DNA of 64,000 nucleotides from Magallana gigas (Eukaryota), in the NCBI RefSeq assembly GCF_963853765.1, contig NC_088859.1, forward strand, positions 8,680,001 to 8,744,000. Reading direction: 5' to 3'. The position numbers were made by a program, and so were the translations under genes. This document shows, piece by piece, positions 14,564-27,224 of this stretch; positions within the stretch are counted from its first letter, which is position 1, and every line of letters starts with the position of its first letter. Below the pieces are notes generated by a model. It saw only the letters and a program-made list of their open reading frames with translations. It had not been told where the DNA came from and made no database searches.

Positions 14564-15433
14564 TTCTCAGTGGTCTAAAAAAAAATTTACAACAATATAC
14601 ATGCTATAAAAATAGGAAGACAAACTCATCAAATGTCATCGACTGAAAAGAAGTAGGACGTGACGTAACAAGTGGAGAGATGGAGAGATTCTCATAAACG
14701 GAAGTGAGAAAATTAAGTTGCGCAGTTTTGCATCATTTTGAAAAATAGGAAAGGCTTATAAATCAAAACAAGATCTACAAGCCAAATACAACAGACAAGG
14801 GATAAATCATATGTTATTTGTCAGGCAGCCAACTGGTCCCAGGAAAACGGCATTGTTTGGAAACATCCTATAGTACGTACCAACCCTAATATTGTTAGCT
14901 TATCTTCTCCGTTTTTTTTTTTCATTTTATTTTTTTTGATAGGATTGTGTAGATAAAGATGCTTGTTATAAAAGCATCATAAATGAGAAAACCAAATACA
15001 AATTAATTCACAAATATTGATTTTCTTATATATAGTTTTCATTAAATCGCAAGTGATATTCGTTTTGATTAAAATGTATAGGACAGTGGTTTGGTACGTA
15101 GTATTATGATTCTTCTGTGGGGGGGGGGGGGGGGGGGTGGCTACATTGAATAACGAAAACCAATACCTGTAGATGATGTTGATATATTTTCATCAATTAA
15201 AAAAGAGAAAAAGCAAAGCTCGTATATTTTACTTAAATTATTTTGCTATTACATATCATTTTTTATTCCAGGAAGATTTTTTTTAAAACGTCATAATAAA
15301 ATGTCAAATGATTAAACAGAACACACAAAAACGAAGTCATTTTAAATACAAATTGATTTTTAAAAGTTATGGCACGAATGAGACATATTAAAGCTGTGTG
15401 TATAACAATAAAAAGATGATTTTTCAACCCAAT

Positions 15434-15756
15434 AGACCAATCTACACTTTACAAATGTTATGTTCCTTGGCCGCCATCTTTGGGGAAAAACCCATAGATA
15501 TCTCACAGTAGCCTTTGTAGTTTAAAGGTTTATAACTTTCTCATTTGACATTTAAAATCCGTTTCCGTTGTGTATTTTTGATTGCCTCAAAATGGGGCAA
15601 CACACATGTTGAAGGAATAATTTAAATTCTAAAAGATTTCATCACAGTACGCCCAAATAGTTGGTTGCGTAAAGAAGGAAAAAGTTGGTTTTTCGCTTTT
15701 GATCTTTGGGTTGACCCCACAAAGGGAGACAACCTTTTAAAAGTGTAGATTGGACA
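15434..15756. mobile_element. MITE present in duplicate copy B only
   Basis: Perfect 14-bp inverted repeat CCAATCTACACTTT (15437-15450) / AAAGTGTAGATTGG (15740-15753). Copy A shows the empty site (AACCCGATTAAAAC). Short AT/AAT duplication at the flanks. Confidence 0.8.
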
Positions 15757-16929
15757 ATCAAAACAATACTTAAATGAATATTTGTATTCTTCTGAACAAG
15801 ATGACCCTACATTTGTGTAAGACCTTAAAATTCGTATACTCTTGCATTATAATTTTATACAATTAAAAAACTATATATGGTTTCAACCAATCTCCTTGAC
15901 ATTTCCATTTATTTCATACACTTCAACTTGTTAACTTATGAAAGTTTCAATAACTCATGTAAATAAAAACCAAACGTTGTAAAATTCTTCCGCATGCAGA
16001 AGTACTTATTTTAATTTTTTTATTATTTTTTTTTTTTTGTTCTCTTGAAATAATTGTAAAATATTTTGAACCACTTAATTGAGACAATTAAAATCTTTCA
16101 TGACCAGTACGGGCTTTTAATTGTCAATAAAAAATAATGTGTTTCAATTCTTTATTAATTTCTTCTGGTGGATGTGCAACGATCTTGTACATTTGTGGAT
16201 AAAAATATGAATATTTTTTTTTTGTCTGCCCGTAGCTGATCCGAAAGATAAAAAATGCATGGTGTTTTGTATGCAAATTATGCATACAAGAACAGAACAC
16301 CCTTTTTTATTATCTAGAACAGCTGTAGAACTGCACAACTTCAAACTTATTTTAAAGATTTAAAAATCTGAAAAAATAAGAAAGGGGTTCATTGGTGGCT
16401 CCTTAGCGATCATTTGTTGAGAAAAAGTTTGACTCGTGCACATCAATATTGTAACTTTGCCTTAAAGTAGGGAATCCTGTTTTATCACTCGTTATGGGGT
16501 ATTTTGAATGTTAAAGACATCTCTAGACCATCCCAAGTTTTTATTTTTTTTTGGGGGGGGGGGGTGGTGGTGGGGGATCAATTTTATAAGTATAAATGAA
16601 AGTAAATTCTTTTTAGAAGTCGGATAGGGTTCCAAAAAAGTAATTGTCTTTAATAAAGAAAAAACTGCATGTAGTTAAAAAAGCATTGTTCTGTTCTTGT
16701 AGGCCTACTTTGCCATAAAAACACCCCGTAGAAGCTCATTTTTATTGTTTTTCATCTTTTGGCAAAAGTTTTTGTCAGTTTCTAACAGAAACATGCCAGT
16801 TCAAAAAATAATAATATATTTATCTTTAAATGTACAAGAAGGCCGCACACTCCCTTAATATGCAAAAGCGTAAAATACCAGCTTAAAAAGTAAATGGCAT
16901 CAAAATAAGAAGCTCTATTATGGTATGAT

Positions 16930-17862
16930 AAAAACTGACAATACCAAACCGTCAACCATCTCAAAAATCCATAAAACGAAATACAAAGTCAAAGCAGAGC
17001 AACACATACCTCCATAAAGAGAGAGGGGTGATCAGGTGCCCAGGAGGAGTGAGCATCCTCTTCTGACCGGTCACACCCGTCGTGTGCTCTTTGTTATAAT
17101 CGGGGAAAAAACGAAAAAAGTCCCTAGACAATTAGATGATTAATTATGGGCTAACAATTAGCATGAAAACGTCAGTCAGTATGCGACCCAGTGGAAGATT
17201 GTATTCGCTGACACGGTCGTTGTATCGACCAAAGAACTTACGAAAAGATGACTTCAAACGAGACTGTTGATAGTCCTGTTTTATCAACTTGTTTGATAGT
17301 AGCCTGCCTCGCCTTAGAAACTGTTCATACGAAGAGCATGCCCTTGCGTATCGAATTAACTGAGAGACAAAAACACCATATGCAGTTGATGAAGGTATAT
17401 TGCTACATAAGTAAGGAAAGTTAACTATAGAAAAATTGAAGTCATCGCGTTTATCATAAAGTTTTGTTGTTACGTTACCATCAATGTCTATTTCCAGTAA
17501 AATATCCAAATATGAAACAGATGACGCAGACTCTGTGTTATCTTTTATTTTAAGTTCACTGGGATATATCGAGTCGACGTAAGAATGGAAATAACAATTG
17601 TTAATTGATAATGGGAATTCCAACAGATTGTTGTAAGACTTGATTTCCAAAAAACTACATAGATGTTGTCCATCAGAAACTCAAGCATCTTTTTAATGTC
17701 AACTTCAAACAATCAGAATGGTTTTTAACAAAATAACTTTTTAGATTTCCAATGACAAGATAAGCATTTTTCGATTTCCATTTTTGTTGAAAAAATACAA
17801 CTGTCGATGATATCACAATGCCTAGATTTTAATTTGTCATGGGGTATGGTTGTGTATGATGT
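16930..17862 (-). mobile_element. 5'-truncated, frameshifted Penelope-like retroelement (RT C-terminal half plus 3' UTR)
   Basis: Minus-strand frames give YTTIPHDKLKSR (RT motif A region), MLEFLMDNIYVVFGNQVLQQSVGIP (motif B') and the thumb region LYDKRDDFNFSIVNFPYLCSNIPSSTAYGVFVSQLIRYARACS, ending at a stop at 17144. The lower-coordinate boundary is approximate. Confidence 0.85.
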
Positions 17863-17983
17863 AATAATAAATCTATCTATTTTATTTCTTTTTGTTTTGA
17901 GTTGATTTAGATAATTCTAGTTTTAAAAGTTATAAAACATTTTTAATGGGCGCAAGAGTACTTGATTGTTTACAGGTTTCTCA

Positions 17984-18034
17984 ATGGCGGTAGTATTCAG
18001 GAGTGGTCAAATCTACGCAAACCGAGAGTGTTGA
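17984..18034 (+). promoter_or_regulatory. Candidate uORF (MAVVFRSGQIYANREC*) just after a candidate splice acceptor at 17974-17975
   Basis: TTGTTTACAG|GTTTCTCAATGGCG...TGA, about 106 nt before the receptor 1 ATG. Confidence 0.35.
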
Positions 18035-18140
18035 GTGGTTAAGTGTTTGTAAAGAAGACCGGGAAGTGCTGGGGACTTACCGAGAAGTATATAAATTACT
18101 GTCACAGCTATCTCCAATCAGTCCATGCACTGTCGATAGA

Positions 18141-19556
18141 ATGGGTGATACGGAAACAAACTCCTCTGGCTTGAACCTCAACCAAACCAAGGTTTGGGAA
18201 TCTGCAGTTCCTCCTGCCTTGCAGTTTGCCTTGGGCGTGGTAGGAAATTTGATTGCCCTTGTTGTTCTGGTCACATCAGCCAAATCTCACAAGTGGAAAC
18301 CTTTCTACAGGCTAGTTGGAGGTTTAGCTCTCACAGACGGGGGAGGAATTCTTCTGGTCTACCCAACAGTTATGGTTAGATATGCCACGGACTTTACATA
18401 CGTTTTTCCAAAACCTCTTTGTGACTACAGTTCTTTTATATATACATTTACTTTGATTTCTTCGGCAATGATCGTGTGTGCAATGTCCCTTGACCGATTT
18501 TGGGCAATTTTATTTCCGTTTAAGTACAATACTAACACGAAAAATAGGCGAACAAACATAATGTTGATTTCGATCTGGATTGCTGGAGCTTTCATATCAT
18601 CTCTTCAACTCATGGGACTTGGTTCAAGTTTCAACTATTATCCTGGTTCCTGGTGCTTTTTGAATTTTGTTGGTCTTACGACAATGGACAGACTCAGCTC
18701 TTACATTTACTCGTTGCTTGGTCTATCCATTCTGTTGACAACAATTGGGCTAAACTCGATAGTGATACTGACTGTATGCAGAGGTATGAATTCAAACATC
18801 AGACAGCAGCAGACTGGAAGACGAAGAAAGAAAAACGACGTCTTCATCGTCATATTTCTAATGATCATTGTTATCGTTTTTAGCGTCTGCTGGGCACCAC
18901 TCATGGTAAGCAATATTACCTTAAACGTTACTGTAACAAAACATCTATTCACAAAGGGTTATCATAATTTGTTTTGGAACAACATATATTCCGATTACAA
19001 ATAAGATTATACTGGCCAAAGAATTATTGTCTCCAAATAGCATTTTTCGCCAGAACATGTTACGCTGTTTTCAAATGTATAATCTACTTTGTAAATAAAA
19101 CTACGTAAGAATTGGTACTTGGCGCGCATTGGTCTTAGACGAAAACCCAAATGTAGATTATATTGATACTTTATGATAAAAGGCAATGTCTTATGTTTCC
19201 AATATTGATAAAAGCAGTAGCTTACATTTAATTTTGTTATAAAGGTCACGATACTTGGTCACGCTGGAAGATGGTTACATGGCAATGGAGCCCGAGAACT
19301 GCTGGTGCTGAGATTTGCCGTAAACAATTCTGTCATAGATCCATGGATTTATATCCTTCTTAGAAAGGAAACATTCATAGCCATGAAGAGACACAGCAGG
19401 GGTCTCTGTAAAACCCTGTTTGACAGACTGGATATTCCCACAGAGTCTGGTCTTCCAGAATCCACTCCAAACGAAGTCAGTGGTTGCGGCAAAAGTATGG
19501 AAAAGACCATATCCACAGACGACCAGATCTCGTCGACTGTTTTGCACAAACTATAG
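18141..19556 (+). CDS. PTGER4-like: Prostanoid (EP4-like) GPCR, copy 1; exons 18141-18905 and 19245-19556; 358 aa
   Basis: 7 hydrophobic segments; GVVGNLIA (TM1), LALTD (TM2), MSLDRF (TM3), YYPGSWCF (ECL2), CWAPLM|V (TM6), R...DPWIYILLR (TM7). GTAAG donor at 18906; acceptor AG at 19243-19244. N-terminal NSS/NQT sequons. The vertebrate subtype cannot be assigned from motifs alone. Confidence 0.93.
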
Positions 19557-22500
19557 GATGTTGCAAAATATATTTTTTTCTTTGCCGATATGTTCAGCTA
19601 ATCCCAAGACACTCATATTGATAAAATGTATTTTGTTTTTCAATGACAAAAAAATACCCAATGTTAATTCAAATTTTATGTGCTCATTTGTAAAGTATCT
19701 TTACGCACATAAATTGAATTGAAGATTATCGTGCCATGGTATAACTTGGTAGTTATTATTAGATGATCGATGGAACTATATGAAATTTAAAGAGTGTAAC
19801 ACTACTCAGGGGTCCTTTCACATAGATGATAGATCATGTTCTTGTAATACCCGCATAGTGAAAACCCCGAAAAGAATATGTGTTTATCCCCCGTGATTTT
19901 TGTTTGTATTAAATGGCATTGTTAATAATATATTTATAAATGGATTGTGAAATTCTCCCTTTATTTGTTATCTCAATTTTGTTATTGTTGAAACACTTTG
20001 CAATAAATATGTAAAAACAAAGATTTTTTCAATATCTAATACAATAAACCATAAATGTCCCACTAAACTAATGCACACGAAATATTTCACAGATATCTTT
20101 AATAAAACTGCTTTAGATTTAAGGATAACTTATATATGTTCAAATGACAAATGTGCTTAAAAAATGGGTGTTGAAATAATTCAAGGTGTATACTTATATA
20201 TAAAAACTATTGCAATGTTTCATTAACATTCTATTCAATAGGTAAATTATAAATAAAATACGGAAATCTAATCCTACAATGATGGATGATAATTTGAATT
20301 GAGGATATATGTCGTACATGTGAAATTCCTCACATGTAGGTTGTGCATCACGAATTGATTATTTTGTCTATGTTTTATTATGACCTCTTTATCGTACTAG
20401 CCAAATGATCTTTTCTGTGTTAAACAATACGTTGAAAGTTTTCCAATAGTATTTTCTGTAAATAATTGGTATTAAGATATTTGATGCTGAAAAGTTGTAA
20501 GGCACAGGAGAACATTATTTATCAAAATAAAGGAAAGAATAGATCATAATTATCAGCTATCGATATCTTTTTTCATAAACGATTTCCATATTGATTTTAG
20601 AAATGTCCCTGAATATGTCCATTAATTAAAGATAGAAAAAATAAACTTTGATGAAAAAAAATTACAATAACAAGTTCCAGGAAACGTTCTACATTTTGAA
20701 ATCCTTTATCGGACAGCTTTTTTCTCTCAAATTGAATTCCACCCTTAAAAACAAGAAAAACATAAATTACTTGTATAATAATTGCATCTACAAATATTAC
20801 CTAGTAATATAACTGGAAGAAAAGCTCTTCATAAAGATGTAAGAAAATGTTCAAACTGCAATTTTAAAATAATTAGAATTTTTTTCTTTACTTAAGTAAA
20901 TAAAAGTTAATAGCATAGAACATCATATCTTAAAATTCAAGGTATGTCTGATGGTTAAACTGTTGACCATCCAACTCTCTTAAATCAGTGATGTTAATTG
21001 TTGCTGATTGACAATTGTAATATTTTTTATTTCAAGGGTCATTAAAATGCGGTTCAATGACTCTTTATATACGTAGAGGAAAAAATTATCATTTAATATT
21101 TCGTTAGTACATTAGGGGAAGGGGGAGGGGCTGAGATACCAAAGCAGTCTCGTCATAAATAGTATAGCCATATTGTAAGGTTTGGTAAATATTTCAAAAT
21201 ATTAACGGCATTTTATCAGATTGAAGCCGTTTCAATGATAGTATTCTTTGTAAACCCTCAAGAAATACATGTCTTCAAACTTCGATTTTTAGCACAAAAG
21301 TGAAATATTACACTAAATATTAGTTTGATTATCTTATAGCTTATTTGTAAGAAGGTTTCAATTCGCAAAAAAAAAAACATATATCAAACTATTGTTTTCA
21401 GAATAACTATATGCGCAGTTTAAATGTCAATATAATATGAAATATACAATGCATCAGTTGTGCATCAAACATCTAAATAAATAAATAAATATTTGCATAA
21501 AATGATAGGGAAGTTTTAAACAGGAAAAATAACACTGCATGTTATGAGAACAGAAGCTTCCGTGATGGTTGCTTTGGGTGTAATATGTATTTTATTCATA
21601 TATGAATTTCATATACATGTATGTAAGTATTTTTAAAAAATTCAAATGTGAAACTGAAACATATTTCGTTTCCCGTATTGATAAGAGCGAATGGTTATTC
21701 TTAGGATTCCTTGAGTTAAACTGCGTTCCACTGCATATTAAATAAGAAAACTGATATTTATTAAATTATTTATTATTCAGATCTTCATGCCTCATGTTTA
21801 AAAAGCAAATGTAAGTACGTATGTACTACAAGTGTGTTTGTCCTTATTTATTATACAGAGTTCGAGTTGGTACACATTTGAGTCGAACTGATACATTTTT
21901 CCTTTCAATTCAAACACAATGTACATTATATTAGTTAACTCGTCATTTTATCCAATGCAGAACAGCGTTGCTCTTGTATGTTAATAGCTGTTCAGAAGAC
22001 TGAACAGTAATGTTTTTGTTTATCTCCTTTTTCTTTTTTCTAAATTTTATAAACGGATCTTTTCTTTCTTTATTTTTGGGAATAAAAGTTGCAATTTTGA
22101 AATGCTCATTTCCATTAAATATGTTAAAAATTTAAAAAAAAATATTTTTTAGTAATTAAAATCACTTCTGGATGTGAAAGAATTTACAATTTAAAAAAAC
22201 AAGCTTTATTTGTTCTTGAATAATCGTTTGCACTTCTAACATCCCATCGAGAGCATTGTTATCAGATTGAAACGTCATTATACACAGTTGACGACACTTC
22301 CATTTAGCTAATATGTTGTCCATAAATTCTCAACAAAGTGGAAATATCTTAATTTATTTTAAGTACTCATAAAACTTCATCCAACATATCACATGCAAAA
22401 TAAAACTACTTCACAATATATCAAATTAACATACACAGAATCTTTCCGATGTAATCAATTTTAGATCATGATGATGTGATTGCCAAATGCGTGATTAGAA

Positions 22501-23257
22501 CGATACATTCATGGCATGCTTGATGTAAACATCACACTGTGAATAGTTTTCATAGAACGTTTTAGGAACTATTGCTTGAAAACTTGAGATGATTCCATTG
22601 GTGTACTGATTAGAGGAAAGTCTTTTGAGTCACTCCAGCAAAAATAATTAATATGAATAGATTGATCTTGCTTTTAAAATCCTTTTTGTAATTTTACGGC
22701 TTTCAATAAATGCTGCATTGCTGTGTTACTTTCTTTTCTCCCTTTAAGTATTGTTTGAAGACAAAACAGTTATTATTTACAGTACTTGTTTGGAAGATAA
22801 TAAGCTATTATCTTTCCCTTGTGCAAAACTTTCGATTTTCAACAAAAGGTTATATACATGTTATGAATTGGAATGCAAGTGTTAAAATAGTTTGAGTTAG
22901 AAAAGACATTTCCCCAACATTGTGTATACATATTCTAAATATTTTGTCAGGACTAGGGTGTTGATTATTATAACATTTGCATCAGAAATATGTTTTTAAA
23001 AATCAATATCATTTGACAATGTAAAATACAAACACTTGTTTAGATCGGAATAATTGGCCCCTTGTACACACCGAAGTTGATCATTGGGTTACGCATATTA
23101 CATAAGATTTAAAGCTTCAAACTTAAATTAACCATCACCATATTACAGGTAATAATATGTCCTGCCTTTATTTCAAGGACGGTCCCTATACTTAAATCAA
23201 GATTCAAGCTTTCATAATCAAATATACTGAACATGACCAGGGTTGAATTAACGAATA

Positions 23258-23432
23258 CAGTAAAACTCGTTTAGTACGAACACGGATATTGCGAATTCAC
23301 GGATTTAGCGAAGTCATCTTGGATCCCCAGCTATGTAAATTTAATGAATTTCTTATACGGTTATAACGAATTACGGATATAACGAAGTAATTTCTTAGGT
23401 CCCAGTGACTTCGTTATAACCGAGTTTTGCTG
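23258..23432. mobile_element. MITE, Tc1/mariner-type
   Basis: TA|CAGTAAAACTCG ... CGAGTTTTGCTG|TA. Confidence 0.8.
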
Positions 23433-23739
23433 TATTAGTCGTATTAAACGTATCTGTTTTAAATATTGTATAATTCAATACGTTTAAGCACAAAATAAGC
23501 ATTTTTAAAAATAACGGGTGTTTCCCTATCATTTGGACCATCTACCTTATTGCTGAACAAGGACATTTATACAAGGGCGTGTTGTTTTCCGCAACACTTG
23601 ACTATCAGTAACAAAAATTAACCTAAACTGTTTCTATGGATAAATTTTTCAGGAAAAAAATTTCAACCTTAATTGTTATCTTAAACTCCATGACACTAAT
23701 TGTGTATTGATTCTGTTACGAGTCAACTGAACTGCTTCT

Positions 23740-24393
23740 TAGGGTGGCATATTTTGCCTCTTATATACAAGATAAATCATGTGAACTTCAAGAAATTGTG
23801 TCTACATGCAAGATAACTATGTCTACATGAAAGATACAAATCTTTAAAGAGAACCTGATTTTTATATGGGTAAAATATCTTACTAACGCCCATATCTTAC
23901 ATCATAGATGCAATATGCAACACGATTATGACAAAAATGCGACTTATTTATGTTGGCATATGATTTATTTATGCGTCATATATGTTACACTGCCAAAAAT
24001 TATGTTCACTTGCGAAATAAATATGTTTACATTCATTAACATGAAAGTTATTTAGATCAACATGCGAGATAACTTTCATGTTGACATAAATATCTTGCAT
24101 GTTAACTTAATTAACTTGCATGTTGACATAAATGTTTCACATGTCAACATGATCAACTCACATGCAAACATAAATATCTTGCATGTTAAATAATTAACTC
24201 TCATGTTTTAATAAATAAATCACATGTTTCATTATTATGTTGCCTCTATGATTTCAGAGTACGGCATTAGTGAGTCATTTTATCTATATAAAAACCAGGT
24301 CTCTTTAAAGATTGGTAACTTGCACGTCAGCATAAGTATCTTGCATGTTGACATAGTTTATCTTGCATGTAGAAGGCAAAATATGCCACCATA
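23740..24393. mobile_element. Non-autonomous TIR element with internal 21-bp-period subrepeats
   Basis: TAGGGTGGCATATTTTGCCTC ... GAAGGCAAAATATGCCACCATA; flanked by GCTTCT(T) direct repeat. CATG recurs at 24077, 24098, 24119, 24140, 24161, 24182. Confidence 0.75.
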
Positions 24394-25407
24394 GCTTCTT
24401 TATTCATTTGCTACAACACAGAGTTACAAATATGTTACTTTTATTTCAGTAAATGATACAAGTCTGAATGTGTCCATTCTGTGAGAACTGAGCGAGTCCT
24501 GCCTGGCTGAAATGTGTTCTCTCTCACAGAATAAAAAAAAACAGTATTGCAGAGCACTAGGTTTTATGTTAACTTGATGGACAGTTTTGAATATTGCAAG
24601 GATGCTGTACAAAATTCACTTACTCCTTTTCTGAGCAATATCAACATTTAACTCTCGGTTGGGGAGAGCATTTGCTGATTAACAAACTTCAAGGATCAAG
24701 TACTGACACAGTGTTCTAATGGTATTCTGGATATCATAGGCGGTTATGCTCTGTCAAATTATAATATGAATAACAACCTTCTTTTGATGAAATTATTAAC
24801 CCAGCAAAAACATAAAATGCTAAACAGATTTGGAAAATAATTTTCCACGGGTGTTGAGTAAGTTCACCGTTAAGGTTTAATTTCATTGACTTTTTTCCAG
24901 GGGGTGTGTAATCCGGATAATGAGAGATTTCTTCAACCTTGGAATAGGTGATAAATGCGAGTTTCATTTAGTGAAATCAAGTTTGTCTCAATTTACGTTT
25001 TGATGTGATTTGTTGTTAAAAGTATAAATAATCAAAAGGAAAAATTTTGATTTCGCGATTTTTGTAAATGAACCTAAGAAATATAAAACTAACTTGTTAA
25101 CATGTATTAGAATTTCAGTTTTCCCTGCTGTATCGCACTTTCTGTGTCATTTCTAAACGCATAAGGCATTAGATTTCTTTACTGCACTGGGAAACGTAGT
25201 GTTTTTCTTGTTTCCATCTAACTTGTATCTGTTTTACCTTTATTGGCAATATTAGACATCTTTTGAATCCATTAAATTTAAGAAGAAACACCTTGAGGTT
25301 AGATATAATATTGTTTTTAAATCAAGATATACTTTGTTTTGTATAAAAGTTAAAACTAGTGATGAAATACATAATAATAATATACCAACAGTAAATGACG
25401 GTCAATT

Positions 25408-25862
25408 GGGTATAGTCCACTAATGCATTTTCCATAGGCGGTAATGTTAACGTTATGGTTCATAGCTCCGGTCCTAATTCTCGTTCAGCAATGAGGGACC
25501 TCTTGAATGAAAGCTCATCAAATTGTCTCTTTCCTGTTAAAATTTCGTGGTTTGAAGTCAGATTCGTTTTCCGGCAAAATGCGTCTGTATTGAAAAACTC
25601 TGAAAATGAAAGTAAAAGTAGGGAATTTCTCGGTTTTGGAAAGGGTGTACATCAAACAATTTCAATTCTTTTCTTCAAATGGTAATTCAATTTTGACACT
25701 TGTTTTTAAAATTGCAAATCCTCTTTTCTGACATGTGTCAAGCATTCTGATTTAAAATGTACCAATAAATGTATAAACACTCTGCAAGTATAGGGACTAT
25801 TTTGCTTAAAGGCACTACTTTGTTGTCCTACCGATTCTAAAAATAGTTAGAGGGATATACCC
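25408..25862. mobile_element. 455-bp TIR element with AATT target duplication (Sola1-like TSD), absent from unit 2
   Basis: CAATT|GGGTATAGTCC ... GGGATATACCC|AATTG; empty site GTCAGTTGAG at about 32398-32407. Confidence 0.75.
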
Positions 25863-27224
25863 AATTGAGTAACATATGGTCATATTTGCAACCCGTCCCT
25901 TTCCTGAATAAACACTAGCTCTTCATATCTGTCCCAATGCACAATTTATGACTAGGTAATTGTGGACCTTATAACAATTTATAGTTAATAACTGGGTGTA
26001 AGTCAGTGTACTCCGATTTTTTTAGTTTAGTTTAAAACGTTATAAACACAGCGTAATAGCTGTACAATGCTACATAACTCTCTTACTTTTGTTAATAAAA
26101 TGATATAATGGCTTTAAAATTAAAAATAATATTTATGCTGAGATATCCAGACGCACAAGTTATGAATCATTCCCCAAGAGAAACAATTGTTTGATCAATT
26201 CGGTTTGTATGTTTGTTTTTATTTTATGCCTAACATGGACAATCACCGAGTTTCTGCAGCTCACAATCCCTTCCATAAAGATTGAAATTTTATTCTTCGA
26301 CAGCAGTGGAGTGATCTGATCCACAATCGGGGTTTTTTTTTTTAAATAATCTTTTTTAAAATAGGAACTCTATATAAATACCTAAATACTTGTCTTTATT
26401 TCATTATAAGTTATAGCATGGCATTTCATATCTTATTGTTTTTTTTTTTAGGAATTTCTTATGACCTGTACAATTACATGCATCTTGGAATCATTTGATG
26501 AAGCAAAGTATTAACCAGTCTCTTTTATTCTATAGTGTTCAAATAAAATTAGAACCACAACAAATATTTCTCAGTCTAAAAAGGTAAATTACAGTTTGGG
26601 TGACTGTTCTGGGACAATCAGTCAGTTTTGTACCTTTTATTCATCAATACATAAAAGGTTTTATTAAGTAATGCGTCCAAAATTCACACTTATGTCAAAG
26701 GAATGTATGATATGTAAAATATCTCATTTGTCCGATACTCTTCAGTATCGAAGATCTCGTGCGTCTTATAAAGACAACTTTTCACAAAGTTTAATTAACC
26801 AAGTCATCCGGAAAAAGTGAAACATTTAAGTTTATCTTGTCTCATTATGTTCAAATGAATGTTTTTGTGGGGGAAAATACAGCACTTGACCGATTGTTTT
26901 TCTGTTAGAACCTATTCACCATGTACTAAAACATGTCAGTATCTAGATCTTTAGAACAGTTATATCATTCATCAAAATGTAACAAAACTAAAATGGTTTA
27001 TTTTTTTTTTACATTTATTAATCCCACTTCTTGAGTCAAGCCGACACATAATGTATCCTCCTGAAACCACAATATCGTCGATTATTACTGCCTTTTTGGC
27101 AAACCGAATATTTCTTCAACAATATTTCTTTTGAATTTAGTCATACATATATAATTCATGTAAGCTTTTTCTACCAATACATAAAAAGCATGTGTATGGA
27201 AACTCACCTCGATCTTTAGCTAGA

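Larger units (their letters stand above)
12483..16089 (+). repeat. Local tandem duplication, copy B (with extra insertions and an N gap)
   Basis: Same start and end strings as copy A. Extra sequence at about 13757-13945, 14564-14770 and 15434-15756. Confidence 0.9.

Noticed and set aside
15118-15137. Long poly-G/poly-C runs (also about 16553, 43277, 51918, 53806-53823, 54006-54020) as G-quadruplex elements
   Set aside because: Homopolymer tracts associated with common repeat fragments, with unreliable lengths; no evidence of function.
18003-18140. 46-aa N-terminal extension of receptor 1 in the ORF track
   Set aside because: It starts at GTG. ATG 18141 gives an exon 1 of exactly the same length (765 nt) as copies 2 and 3, with typical N-glycosylation sites.
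18077-19722. Overlapping antisense and alternate-frame ORFs over receptor exons (also at 28175, 34710, 39032, 49666, 50154, 50780)
   Set aside because: Shadows of real coding sequence; no independent motifs.
24077-24230. Regularly spaced short repeats resembling a CRISPR array
   Set aside because: Eukaryotic DNA; contiguous 21-bp tandem units without unique spacers; no cas genes.
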